A stretch of 26,333 bases of DNA from Candidatus Aenigmatarchaeota archaeon. GTDB taxonomy: Archaea; Aenigmatarchaeota; Aenigmatarchaeia; CG10238-14. The notes under the pieces are model-generated. The model saw only the letters and a program-made list of their open reading frames with translations, had not been told where the DNA came from and ran no database searches. Below are positions 1 through 11,067 of the stretch, piece by piece. The stretch is from assembly GCA_044343545.1 (NCBI GenBank), contig JAWBZR010000009.1, positions 1 through 26,333 on the forward strand, read 5' to 3'. Each line of letters begins with the position of its first letter. Within the stretch, counting starts at the first letter, position 1. A program made the translations under genes and the position numbers.

Positions 1-278
1 CAAGGAGTTGAATGCTCTTACGTGCTTAGTAGAGAGGTAATAATGGAATTCGATAAATTCCGGAAACATAAATTCATCTTACTTTCAATAATTGTAAAAT
101 ACCACAAAATTAGAGAAACTATTCTACCTTGCAAATGTCACCTACTTTAATCAAAACGTTCAACTAATTTTCTTTTTCAAATAACTCGAAATATAAATTA
201 TCAAAATCATTTTTGGTCTAAAAAATATAAATTTTTTTGGTAATGTTTCTCCAGATTGTGTGATATGTTATCCCGTAT

Positions 279-545
279 TCAGGGGAGTCGAGAACCTATA
301 TACCTATTATAAAGCCCTTCAAGAGTATTTCGTAGGTTAGGGTTTAATCCCTCCAAAAAATCATTACGAGTTTGAAATATTATGCCTGAGAGTTTAGCCA
401 AGCAATTTGGATTATGAATACATCCTCCTGAAAGTCTTTGCTGAAGATATCCAACTACTCCACCGGTTCTATTCGCATAATTAATACACGAATACGCAAA
501 ATACACTATAAGAAATCCAACTACATACCGAAATAATTTACCCAT
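279..545 (-). CDS. hypothetical small membrane protein
   Basis: 88-aa ORF with an N-terminal hydrophobic segment and a GGTGA RBS just upstream of the ATG; no recognisable family. Confidence 0.55.
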   Translation of the reverse strand: MGKLFRYVVGFLIVYFAYSCINYANRTGGVVGYLQQRLSGGCIHNPNCLAKLSGIIFQTRNDFLEGLNPNLRNTLEGLYNRYIGSRLP

Positions 546-631
546 TTTTAATCACCTAAAAGTCAATACTGTAACTATTAATAAGTGTTAAAATTTAAAT
601 TATTTTCGCTACAAAAATATATTTTTTTAAT

Positions 632-1018
632 TCATTTTTTCTCTATGAGAACTCCGTTTACAACACCATCTTGAGATGGCCTGCTTGTTATCTTTACAAG
701 CCCGAGATCAGTTTTTACAATACACCCTTTAGTTATTATACTTCTCCTTGTAAAGTGTATATTATCTTGGTGTTCAACAACTTCGAGCAGCTTTGCTTTT
801 TTACTCTTTTTTGTTTTAGGATTCATAACATTCACATAATCTATGCTCACAACTCTTTGCTTTATTATTCCCCCTCTTCTCCTGTCGCTTTTCTTTTTGT
901 ATTCTCCTATAACTGCAAGTGTTGGTGAAGAACCTCTTTGATACTTTTTCTTTTTCCTGTTTAGGTTAATTTTTCCTCCTGTAACTTTTTTCCCTCTGTC
1001 TATGTTCCAAAGCACCAT
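632..1018 (-). CDS. rps8e: 30S ribosomal protein S8e
   Basis: TGGK...RKKKKYQRG, RRRGG, RRSIITKGCIVKTDLG...TSRPSQDGVVNGVL motifs. Confidence 0.97.
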   Translation of the reverse strand: MVLWNIDRGKKVTGGKINLNRKKKKYQRGSSPTLAVIGEYKKKSDRRRGGIIKQRVVSIDYVNVMNPKTKKSKKAKLLEVVEHQDNIHFTRRSIITKGCIVKTDLGLVKITSRPSQDGVVNGVLIEKK

Positions 1019-1087
1019 AATTATCTTGTTTTGATATAATGATGCATAATATTTAAATATTTGTTAGTGTTTAATTAATCTAAATAT

Positions 1088-3683
<2,596 letters not shown>

Positions 3684-3688
3684 ATTTT

Positions 3689-4930
3689 TTATTTTATAAA
3701 ACCATCAATAGTTTTTTGTTTTTTAATAAAATTCAATAAAATGCTTTTCTCTTTCCAGAAATTACTTTTAACCAAAAATCTTTCATCAATTCTTTTAATA
3801 ATTTCATCCAAATTATTGAAGATAAGAGGTTTTTGCTTAAATGCATCCCTCAAACATTCTCTTATCTTCCAAACACCCACAGGTGCATAATATTCTGGCC
3901 TAATCTCTCTCAGCACAATTACACCGGCTTGTCTTTTTATATTAGCTAAAAATTCCAAAACAGCTATTTCAGCAGCATAGTAACCGCCAGCAACGTTGCT
4001 CGCATAATTCTTTCTACCTTCATAAAACTCGTAATCTCTTGCAATAATAGGTTTTTTTCTACCCAACATCCAATCAGCTCCTGGAACGGCTATTTCTATA
4101 ACCTCAAACATCCATTTCTCAGGTGTGAATATTATTTCAAAATAATTCCCCATATAGTTTGTCTCAAAAAGCATATATTGATCGATTTCTTGATACCGTT
4201 TCACAATGTTAAGTAAATTTTTTATTATTGTAGAATCCACGGCAGTTATTGCCCATCTTGTTGGGACAAGCTTTCTTTGAATCTTTACTCCAAGCAAGCC
4301 GACGGATAACATTTTTGCGATTTCATAAACATCATATCCTTGCCTATACAGCTCAACTACAGCCTTTTCAGCCTTTAAATCAATATCAGAAATGACACGA
4401 TCCACTTTTCTATCAATTTTAACATTCCCAGTTATTTCTATTTTTTTCGCAAAACCCGTAGGCCCAAAAGGTGGGTGATGCGGGTCAAAATGTAAAGCGA
4501 AAAATGGCTTTTTTTCAAAAAGAATTTCAGCATCTATTGGAGTAAGTGAAGCTGCAGATTCTTGTATTTCCTGAAGGCATCTATTTGGATTTAAAGCATT
4601 TCTAATGAAAAAAGTTTTTTTGGCATTGAACAAGTTGAGTCTTAACTTGAATACATCCTCTATCTCATACTTTCTTTTAAACCATTCTTTCGGCGCATCA
4701 TATATTTCTGTATTTCCTTGTTCTTGCGGTAAAAGCAATCCTACATTCACTTTAGGATAATTCCATTCGCCAACTATAACAGATGGAGGTGTAGAGCCGA
4801 ATAATTCATTTTTTATTTTAGGTTTGAATTCCTTTTGCAATAAAATTCTTTTCAATATGGGACAATTGGATTTATGCATCCACAATTGTTTTTGACAAAC
4901 TGGGCACAAGTTAGATTTTATAGGCCTCAT
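3689..4930 (-). CDS. nreA: Nre family DNA repair protein
   Basis: N-terminal Zn motif, GSTPPSVIVG..YPKV, RKLVPTRWAITAVD, GGYYAA, PVGVWKIRE and C-terminal PIP box QKTIDGF. Confidence 0.93.
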   Translation of the reverse strand: MRPIKSNLCPVCQKQLWMHKSNCPILKRILLQKEFKPKIKNELFGSTPPSVIVGEWNYPKVNVGLLLPQEQGNTEIYDAPKEWFKRKYEIEDVFKLRLNLFNAKKTFFIRNALNPNRCLQEIQESAASLTPIDAEILFEKKPFFALHFDPHHPPFGPTGFAKKIEITGNVKIDRKVDRVISDIDLKAEKAVVELYRQGYDVYEIAKMLSVGLLGVKIQRKLVPTRWAITAVDSTIIKNLLNIVKRYQEIDQYMLFETNYMGNYFEIIFTPEKWMFEVIEIAVPGADWMLGRKKPIIARDYEFYEGRKNYASNVAGGYYAAEIAVLEFLANIKRQAGVIVLREIRPEYYAPVGVWKIRECLRDAFKQKPLIFNNLDEIIKRIDERFLVKSNFWKEKSILLNFIKKQKTIDGFIK

Positions 4931-4986
4931 AATTCCAATTAATGACGATATAAATTGTTATAATTTTTTTCACAGTTATAAATAAT

Positions 4987-5895
4987 ATGATCATTGGTTT
5001 GGTTGGCACAAAAGGTGCAGGTAAAACCGCAGCTGCAAACATATTAAAAGAAAAGAATTTTTCCCAAGCTTCTCTCTCAGATTTATTGAAGGATTCAAAA
5101 ACTTTAACCAGTAATTTAGAGGCAAAGAACATTGTTATAGATGACATCAATAGCATCAGTGAAGTTCAAGAGATAAAAAAGTTGGGAGGGATTATAATAG
5201 CAATAGACGCGCCTTTGGAGGTTAGGTTTGAAAGGATTGGCGGAAAAAGTTTAGAAGAATTTAAAACATTGGACGATTTGAATAGAAAATGCATAGAAAA
5301 TGCCGATCATTTGATAATAAACAATTCTACACTTGAAAATTTGAAAAGAAAACTAGAAGAGATTTTAAAAAAAGAGCAATTAAGGTCAACAATCAATATG
5401 GGGGAAGGTATAACCAATTACAAAAGACCTACTTGGGACGAATATTTTATGGAAGTATGCAGAGCTATAGCTAAAAGGGCAACGTGTGATAGGGGAAGAA
5501 GCGGATGCGTAATAGCTAAAGACAATAGAATCCTTGTTACTGGCTATGTTGGCTCTCCAAAAGGTTTTCCTCACTGCGATGATGTCGGTCATTTGCTAAA
5601 AAAAGTTATACATGAAGATGGAAGCACATCAACTCATTGTGTGAGAACTGTTCATGCCGAGCAAAATGCTATTTGTCAGGCAGCAAAGTTGGGTGTATCC
5701 ATAGATGGTGCAACATTGTATTGTAAAATGACACCCTGCAGGACTTGTGCGATGTTAATAATAAACTGTGGAATAAAAAGGGTGGTTTGCGAAAAGAAAT
5801 ATCACTTGGCAAAGGAAAGCGAGGAAATGTTCGAGAGGGCAGGAATAGAGTTAGTTTACTTTAATGAGGATGTAGAAAGTTATGAAAATCAATAA
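4987..5895 (+). CDS. P-loop nucleotide kinase-like domain fused to dCMP deaminase
   Basis: GTKGAGKT P-loop; RPTWDEYFM, HAEQNA and PCRTC zinc deaminase motifs. Confidence 0.9.
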   Translation: MIIGLVGTKGAGKTAAANILKEKNFSQASLSDLLKDSKTLTSNLEAKNIVIDDINSISEVQEIKKLGGIIIAIDAPLEVRFERIGGKSLEEFKTLDDLNRKCIENADHLIINNSTLENLKRKLEEILKKEQLRSTINMGEGITNYKRPTWDEYFMEVCRAIAKRATCDRGRSGCVIAKDNRILVTGYVGSPKGFPHCDDVGHLLKKVIHEDGSTSTHCVRTVHAEQNAICQAAKLGVSIDGATLYCKMTPCRTCAMLIINCGIKRVVCEKKYHLAKESEEMFERAGIELVYFNEDVESYENQ

Positions 5896-7091
5896 TTCTC
5901 TGCAACATTTTTTAAGACAATCAAAAACACTAATGAGACAATTTCTGCAAGCACCAATGCAGCTATCATAAAATCAATAGATATATCATATAGATACCCT
6001 CCCACAAGGCTTCCTAAAAAAACTGCCGATCCATAAACTGTGTTAAATACACCATAAGCCCTACCCCTCTTTCTTATTGATGTTAAATCTGCCACGGCTG
6101 CTTTCATTATAGTTTCATGAGCACCCAACACGAAACCCCAAAAGAACATAGCCACATATATTGCTCTCAAATCTTGCAAAAACACGAGTAAAATTGATAA
6201 AATGCTAAAAACAGGCAATATCAAAGTAACAACTAAACCAGCTTTTTTATTTTTTCTTTTGACTTTTATTATGTCATACAATTTTCCTATAAATAATCCG
6301 CAAAGCGCATCGACAATCATGGCGAAGGCATATAAAAGCGGTATTTGCGCGTCAGAAACTATATTGTTCGTTTTCAGATGATAACCTACTATCGCAAAAT
6401 TGACAAACCCAAAGGTTGTAAAGAATATGAAAATCGAATAAAACCAAAACAACTTTTTATTTTCTAGAGGTTCATCCTCTCTTTCTTTTGGCTCAACAGT
6501 AACCTTAAATTTGAAAAAAGTGATTAGCAATATTGCTAAGAGAAGGAAGAAGGGTATCCAAAAAGCAGCGTATGCTTTTTGATAATCCGCTATTGTTTTT
6601 TCTGCATTTGAAGAAAGTAAGACAACAAATATCATCGGCCCTATTAATGCGCCAAGTTGATCCAAAAATTCTATTATACCAAAACCAAAACCAGTACCTA
6701 CTTTTTTGGTAGCATAAGAAACCAAAGTATCTCTGGCAGGACTTCTCAAACCTTTACCTATTCTTTCAACAATTATAAGCAAGGCAGCGATTTGCCAATG
6801 TCCTGTCAAGGCTAGTAATGGTATTGAGATCAAAAGGCTATAGCCAAGTATGGTAAAAAACCAATAAGCTCTTGTCTTATCAGAAAGATATCCAGACAAT
6901 AATCTAAGCGCATATCCGATTAATTCACCACTACCCACTATCAAGCCTACCATAGTAGCGTTTGCACCCAACAATTTCAAGTAAGGACCGTTTACGCTTC
7001 TTGCGCCTTCATAAATTATATCTCCAAGTAGGCTTATTATGCCAAAAAAAATTATTATTGTAATAGCCATTGAAGTGGTTTTTGAAGGCAT
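5889..7091 (-). CDS. MFS transporter
   Basis: About 12 hydrophobic segments; GYLSDKT, ERIGKGLRSPARD and RGRAYG motifs. Confidence 0.92.
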   Translation of the reverse strand: MPSKTTSMAITIIIFFGIISLLGDIIYEGARSVNGPYLKLLGANATMVGLIVGSGELIGYALRLLSGYLSDKTRAYWFFTILGYSLLISIPLLALTGHWQIAALLIIVERIGKGLRSPARDTLVSYATKKVGTGFGFGIIEFLDQLGALIGPMIFVVLLSSNAEKTIADYQKAYAAFWIPFFLLLAILLITFFKFKVTVEPKEREDEPLENKKLFWFYSIFIFFTTFGFVNFAIVGYHLKTNNIVSDAQIPLLYAFAMIVDALCGLFIGKLYDIIKVKRKNKKAGLVVTLILPVFSILSILLVFLQDLRAIYVAMFFWGFVLGAHETIMKAAVADLTSIRKRGRAYGVFNTVYGSAVFLGSLVGGYLYDISIDFMIAALVLAEIVSLVFLIVLKNVAENY

Positions 7092-7112
7092 AAATAAACA
7101 ATTTTTTTTGAG

Positions 7113-7409
7113 TTAATAAGTTTTGTATTTTGCAATATTGTAACTTAGATACAATCCAAAGACACAACCTAAATCCCCAATTAATGCTTCATAAGGTGAT
7201 TGTTTAAACAAAAAAATCTGAATTAAATCAAATATTACCGTGCATGCTAATGAATACAACCACGGGTTTATTTCAAAAAATTGACGTGTACCTCTTTCGC
7301 TTAAAAATCTAAAGAAATGATAATTTATTTGGGTTGATAAGAAGCCAACAATAGACTCTATCATGTTCATTTTTATCATCATATCATTGCTATATGGTTT
7401 CAAATGCAT
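7113..7409 (-). CDS. hypothetical membrane protein
   Basis: 98-aa ORF with a GAGGTGA RBS and two hydrophobic stretches. Confidence 0.55.
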   Translation of the reverse strand: MHLKPYSNDMMIKMNMIESIVGFLSTQINYHFFRFLSERGTRQFFEINPWLYSLACTVIFDLIQIFLFKQSPYEALIGDLGCVFGLYLSYNIAKYKTY

Positions 7410-7481
7410 TCACCTCTTTTGAAATTTTCACATTGTGTTATCAAAAAATATATAAACACCAATCAAACCTTGGCATAATAT

Positions 7482-7730
7482 CTATTCAGCTAATTTGGCG
7501 ACAAACTCTTCATCGATTTTTTCTACTTTTATTTTTACTTTGTTGAGCGGTTTTGTTGCCCCTCTCGTCCAAATGGCTTGAGAAATAGAATTATCTAGTT
7601 TTATCTTGTCAGTTTTCATTCTTTTCTTCAAAAAATTCCTCACAACTCTAATTGCATGTTTGCTTCTTTCCCATCTTGGTTTCTCCAAAATACTTTTTCT
7701 AATATTTATTGTAAAAATCATCTCGGCCAT
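7482..7730 (-). CDS. rpl31e: 50S ribosomal protein L31e
   Basis: FTINIR..PRWERSKHAIRVVRNFLKKRMK..IKLDNSISQAIWTRG; ATG 7730 preferred over GTG 7739. Confidence 0.95.
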   Translation of the reverse strand: MAEMIFTINIRKSILEKPRWERSKHAIRVVRNFLKKRMKTDKIKLDNSISQAIWTRGATKPLNKVKIKVEKIDEEFVAKLAE

Positions 7731-7753
7731 AAACATCACAATAAATGAATGAT

Positions 7754-7789
7754 ACCATCACAGGTTACTGGCTTTGGCAATTCAGGCCT
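7754..7789 (-). other. 3' arm of the pre-23S processing stem with canonical BHB
   Basis: RNA AGGCCUGAAU-UGCC-AAA-GCCAGUAACCUGUGAUGGU pairs with 10944-10979. Confidence 0.93.
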
Positions 7790-7941
7790 CTCGGGCGATT
7801 AGTAGCGGTAGGCTGAACATCTCGGGCGCACCCTTGATGCTTACACCTCCGCCCTATCAACCCCATCGTCTATGGGAGCCCTCGTCACATAACCGCTTGT
7901 TGCCAAGCAGCTATGTGAATTGCCGTCTCTTATTTGGGGAT

Positions 7942-7974
<33 letters not shown>

Positions 7975-8093
7975 ATTACGGCGTAGCTACTCGGCGATGC
8001 ATGAACAACCGATACACCAGAGGCCGCGGCCGGGCGTTCCTTTCGTACTCGCCCGACCTTCCCCTCAGACGGCAAACACCACCAATAGATACC

Positions 8094-8127
<34 letters not shown>

Positions 8128-8254
8128 AACGTCCCCTTTTAACCAGTGGACACCTGTACCCTTGGCTGCTACTGCACAGCCAGGTGAGGGGGAGCCGACA
8201 GCGACGGAGCAACACGCTTCGTCGATATGGACTCTCGGAAGCTACGACCCCATT

Positions 8255-8282
8255 TTAGGGGAGAGTATCGAAGCTACTCTCT
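8255..8282 (-). other. 28-nt BHB mini-intron B2 after U2449
   Basis: A-GAGAGUA-GCUUCGA-UACUCUC-CCCU-AA; CCCU pairs with exon GGGG; removal together with B1 restores GGGGAU|AAUGGGGUC. Confidence 0.8.
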
Positions 8283-8388
8283 TTAGGGTGCTGGATCTGC
8301 GATGCTAAAAGGTTTTTTCTCAAAAGCTAAATTCCTCTGCAGTTTGGTGGGGTGGTATCAATCGGGTTAGATCTTACACAGATCCATT
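8283..8388 (-). other. 106-nt BHB/BHL intron B1 after U2449
   Basis: 10-bp terminal stem UGGAUCUGUG/CGCAGAUCCA; ends in CCCU-AA|A like B2; no ORF. Confidence 0.8.
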
Positions 8389-8397
8389 ATCCCCGAG

Positions 8398-8430
8398 TTC
8401 GCCGTATGAGAGCAACCAGCTCATCATACT
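8398..8430 (-). other. 33-nt hairpin intron A after C2440
   Basis: Interrupts AAAAGCUAC|CUCGGGGAU; GUAUGA/UCAUAC stem; AC|A and AA|C junctions fit relaxed BHB geometry. Confidence 0.85.
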
Positions 8431-9725
8431 GTAGCTTTTCTGATACCACCGGCACCCATTGAGGGCAACCGATGTATCGCTAACCCACGCTTTCGCGGCT
8501 GGATTCCTTGTTGGCCAGAATCCAGTCAGGCCAGCTTTTGCGTTTGCACTCTACTCCCGATTTCCGACCGGGATGAGCTGACCTTTGGGCACCCTTGATC
8601 TATTGTCAAGGGTGTACCGCCCCAGCCGAGCTGTCCATCAAGCGGTGTCCCGCTGTCGCGGTTAGCATTACAATTGAGAAAGGGTGGTGTTCCAACGGCC
8701 TCTCAGTTGGACCCGGAAGCCCAACCTAATAGCGAGTCCCACCTACACTCTGCATTCTCAATCGTAATGCAACGCCAGACTACAGCAAAGCTCTACGGGG
8801 TCTTCGCTTCCCATTGGTGGTCTCTGGCCTATTCACCAGAATGGCAGGTTCACTAGGTTCCGGGTTGGGACAGCGAGGAAGTCGTTAAGCCATTCAAGCG
8901 GGCCGTCAATTAAACGGCAAGGGATTACGCTACTTTACGACGGTCAGAGTTACCGCCGCCGTTTACCGGGGCTTAGCCCGATTGGACTCGGGTTTCACAC
9001 ACCGGCACTGGGCAGGCATCAGGGACCATACACAACATTTCTGTCTAGCGGTCCCCTATGTTTTTGTTAAACAGTCGCTTCCTCCTTGTCACTGCGACCT
9101 ACACTCCCTGTGAGGAGTATAGGCACCCCTTCTACCGAAGATACGGGGCGAGATTGCCGATTTCCCTAACCCGGAGTAGCCTAGCACGTCTTCGCCTTCT
9201 CAGCGAGGGCACCTGTGGCGGTTCTCGGTACGAGTGCAAGGAATCCTTTCAAGGACCATTTTCACGGCCTCAAGGAATCGATCAAACTTGGCTTAAGCCA
9301 AGCTCATCCCATTTTCACCTGGTTCTCCTCATAACGAGACTCCCCAGGCTTGGATGGTTGACTTGCGTTGACCTATCCCCAAGGGTCTGGTCCTTGACTT
9401 GCGTCGCCGCACGTATCCTTGCAGTATCCGAATATTAACGGATTTCCCTTTCCCCAAGCTATGTTAACGCTTGCGGTTAGGATCGACTAACTGCCAGCTG
9501 ATCGACATTGCTGGCAAAACCTTGCCCTTTAGACGGCTGAGGTTCTCACTCAGCTATGCTGCTACTAGTGTCAGGATTTTCATTCCCGGACGATCCACAC
9601 GATCTTACGACCGTGCTTCTGCTCATCCGGGACGCCTCCCTACCACCTCTTTCGAGGTCCAAGGTCTCGGTAGCTGGCTTAGTGCCTTCCATTTTCAGAG
9701 CCCAAACCCTCGGTGGGTGAGCTGT

Positions 9726-9809
9726 TTTGCGGTGATGAAATTCATCAATCAATGGCTTAATCTTCACGCAATTCAGGTGACCGTCGTAATTTCATCGAAC
9801 TTCATCACT
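9726..9809 (-). other. 84-nt BHB intron C after A1095 (H44, GTPase-associated centre)
   Basis: UGCG-UA|A-GUGAUGAAG...UUUCAUCAC-CGCA-AA|A; removal restores GAGUGCGUAACAGCUC. Confidence 0.92.
9745..9798 (-). ncRNA. intron-encoded box C/D guide sRNA (predicted Cm1920, Um1971)
   Basis: C UCGAUGA 9798-9792, D' CUGA 9776-9773, C' GUGAAGA 9767-9761, D UUGA 9748-9745; 12-nt and 10-nt perfect antisense to 8935-8946 and 8885-8894. Confidence 0.85.
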
Positions 9810-10943
9810 TACGCACTCTTTAAAGGATGGCTGCTTCTAAGCCCACCTCCCCACTGTCTAAGGGTTTGGACATCTTTCGTCGTTTAGCCAGCATTTTGGC
9901 ACCTTAACCTTGGTCTGGCCTGTTTTCCTCTCGGATACCGAGCTTACCCCGATATCCTCACTATAGCCATCTACGACGACAGAGGATTCGGAGTTTGACA
10001 GGATAGCTGAGCCTTTCGGCCCTTGACTATCCAATCAGTAGCTCTACCCCCCTGTCTGTCTCCGGCTATGCTGTACTGAGGTACATTTCGGGAGGAACCC
10101 GCTATTGCCGGACTCGATTGGCTTTTCACCCCTAACCCCAGGTCACCCGAGTGGTTGGTTCCCAACACCGGTAGCAGACCTCCATCTGGCTTTCGCCAGA
10201 CTTTGTCTTGCCCAGGGTTTGATCGTCCGGCTTCGGGTCTTATCCAAGTGATTTCGGGCACTATTCGTACCCCGCCCCACGCTATCGCTAGCTACGGGCT
10301 GGTCGCTTTCGCTACGCCTTTCGGCTCACCACTTGGATAAACTCCCTGACCCATTCTTCGAAACGGACGGTGCAACCCTGCTTACGCTTAGGAGCCGCAC
10401 CTGACTATACCTACTTGGCTTCGGGCTCTTTTCACCGGCCGTTAGGCCTACTTTTCAGCTTTCTCTCATGATACTTGTTCGCTATCGGACTAGAGTTATA
10501 TTTAGGGTTGGATGTCAATGACACCCATCTTCCCGATCCAAATTCAAGGACCGGTACTCTGGATACTTGGCATCACCTTTCTTGCCTTCCTCTACGTGGC
10601 TTTAACACTCTATGGCGTGGCATTTCAGCCAACTTCGAGTCGGCAAGCGAAGGCGGACCCAAGTCCAAAACTCCACATCCGCCTTAACTTTTCGCTAAGG
10701 CGTTCGGTTTGCCCTTTGCCGCTTTCACTCGCCGTTACTCACGGCATCTCGTTTGATTTCTTTTCCTGCGGGTACTAAGATGTTTCAATTCCCCGCGTGG
10801 CCCTTCCCTGCCGGGAATGCAAAGGGGATTTCCCATTCGGAGACCTTGGGTTCAAAGGCTGCGTGCGCCTACCCCAAGCTTTTCGCAGCTTACCGCGTCC
10901 TTCATCGGTACTCTAGCCAAGCCGTCCACCAAGTAGGGTGAAT

Positions 10944-10979
10944 AGGCCTGAATTATTGCCGCCAGTAACCTGTGACGGT
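10944..10979 (-). other. 5' arm of the pre-23S processing stem with canonical BHB
   Basis: RNA ACCGUCACAGGUUACUGGC-GGCA-AUA-AUUCAGGCCU gives 19 bp / 3-nt bulge / 4 bp / 3-nt bulge / 10 bp with 7754-7789. Confidence 0.93.
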
Positions 10980-11000
10980 TTCATAATCGTGCTAATACTC

Positions 11001-11048
11001 GCAACGCTCAACCCATTCTTCACTCAACCACGTTAGGTGGAGAGTTGC
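11001..11048 (-). other. structured pre-rRNA leader element with C'/D-like (K-turn/K-loop) motifs
   Basis: GCAAC/GUUGC closing stem, CCAC/GUGG hairpin, UUGA-GUGAAGA-AUGGG-UUGA. Confidence 0.55.
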
Positions 11049-11067
11049 ATTTATTATAAACTTTATT

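Noticed and set aside
1..150. Short ORFs on both strands at the window edge, one with a GGTGA RBS and TTG at 134
   Set aside because: Cannot choose a frame; no recognisable motif
7885..7918. Hairpin as a fifth intron
   Set aside because: Lies at variable helix 98 and lacks BHB junctions
8255..8388. Group I intron or homing endonuclease at L2449
   Set aside because: Too short, with no recognisable group I core and no ORF; BHB geometry explains the boundaries
8250..8388. AAUGG direct repeat at both insert ends as a transposon target duplication
   Set aside because: It only makes the boundary ambiguous by 5 nt; no transposase or terminal repeats, and BHB geometry fixes the site
8421..8427. 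Perfect box C (AUGAUGA) in intron A
   Set aside because: Buried in the hairpin stem, with no box D or guide
9742..9808. Alternative boxes in intron C (GUGAUGA 9808-9802 as C, AUGA 9745-9742 as D)
   Set aside because: The first is in the terminal stem; the second puts D+5 on a mismatch; the leader sRNA supports CGAUGA and UUGA
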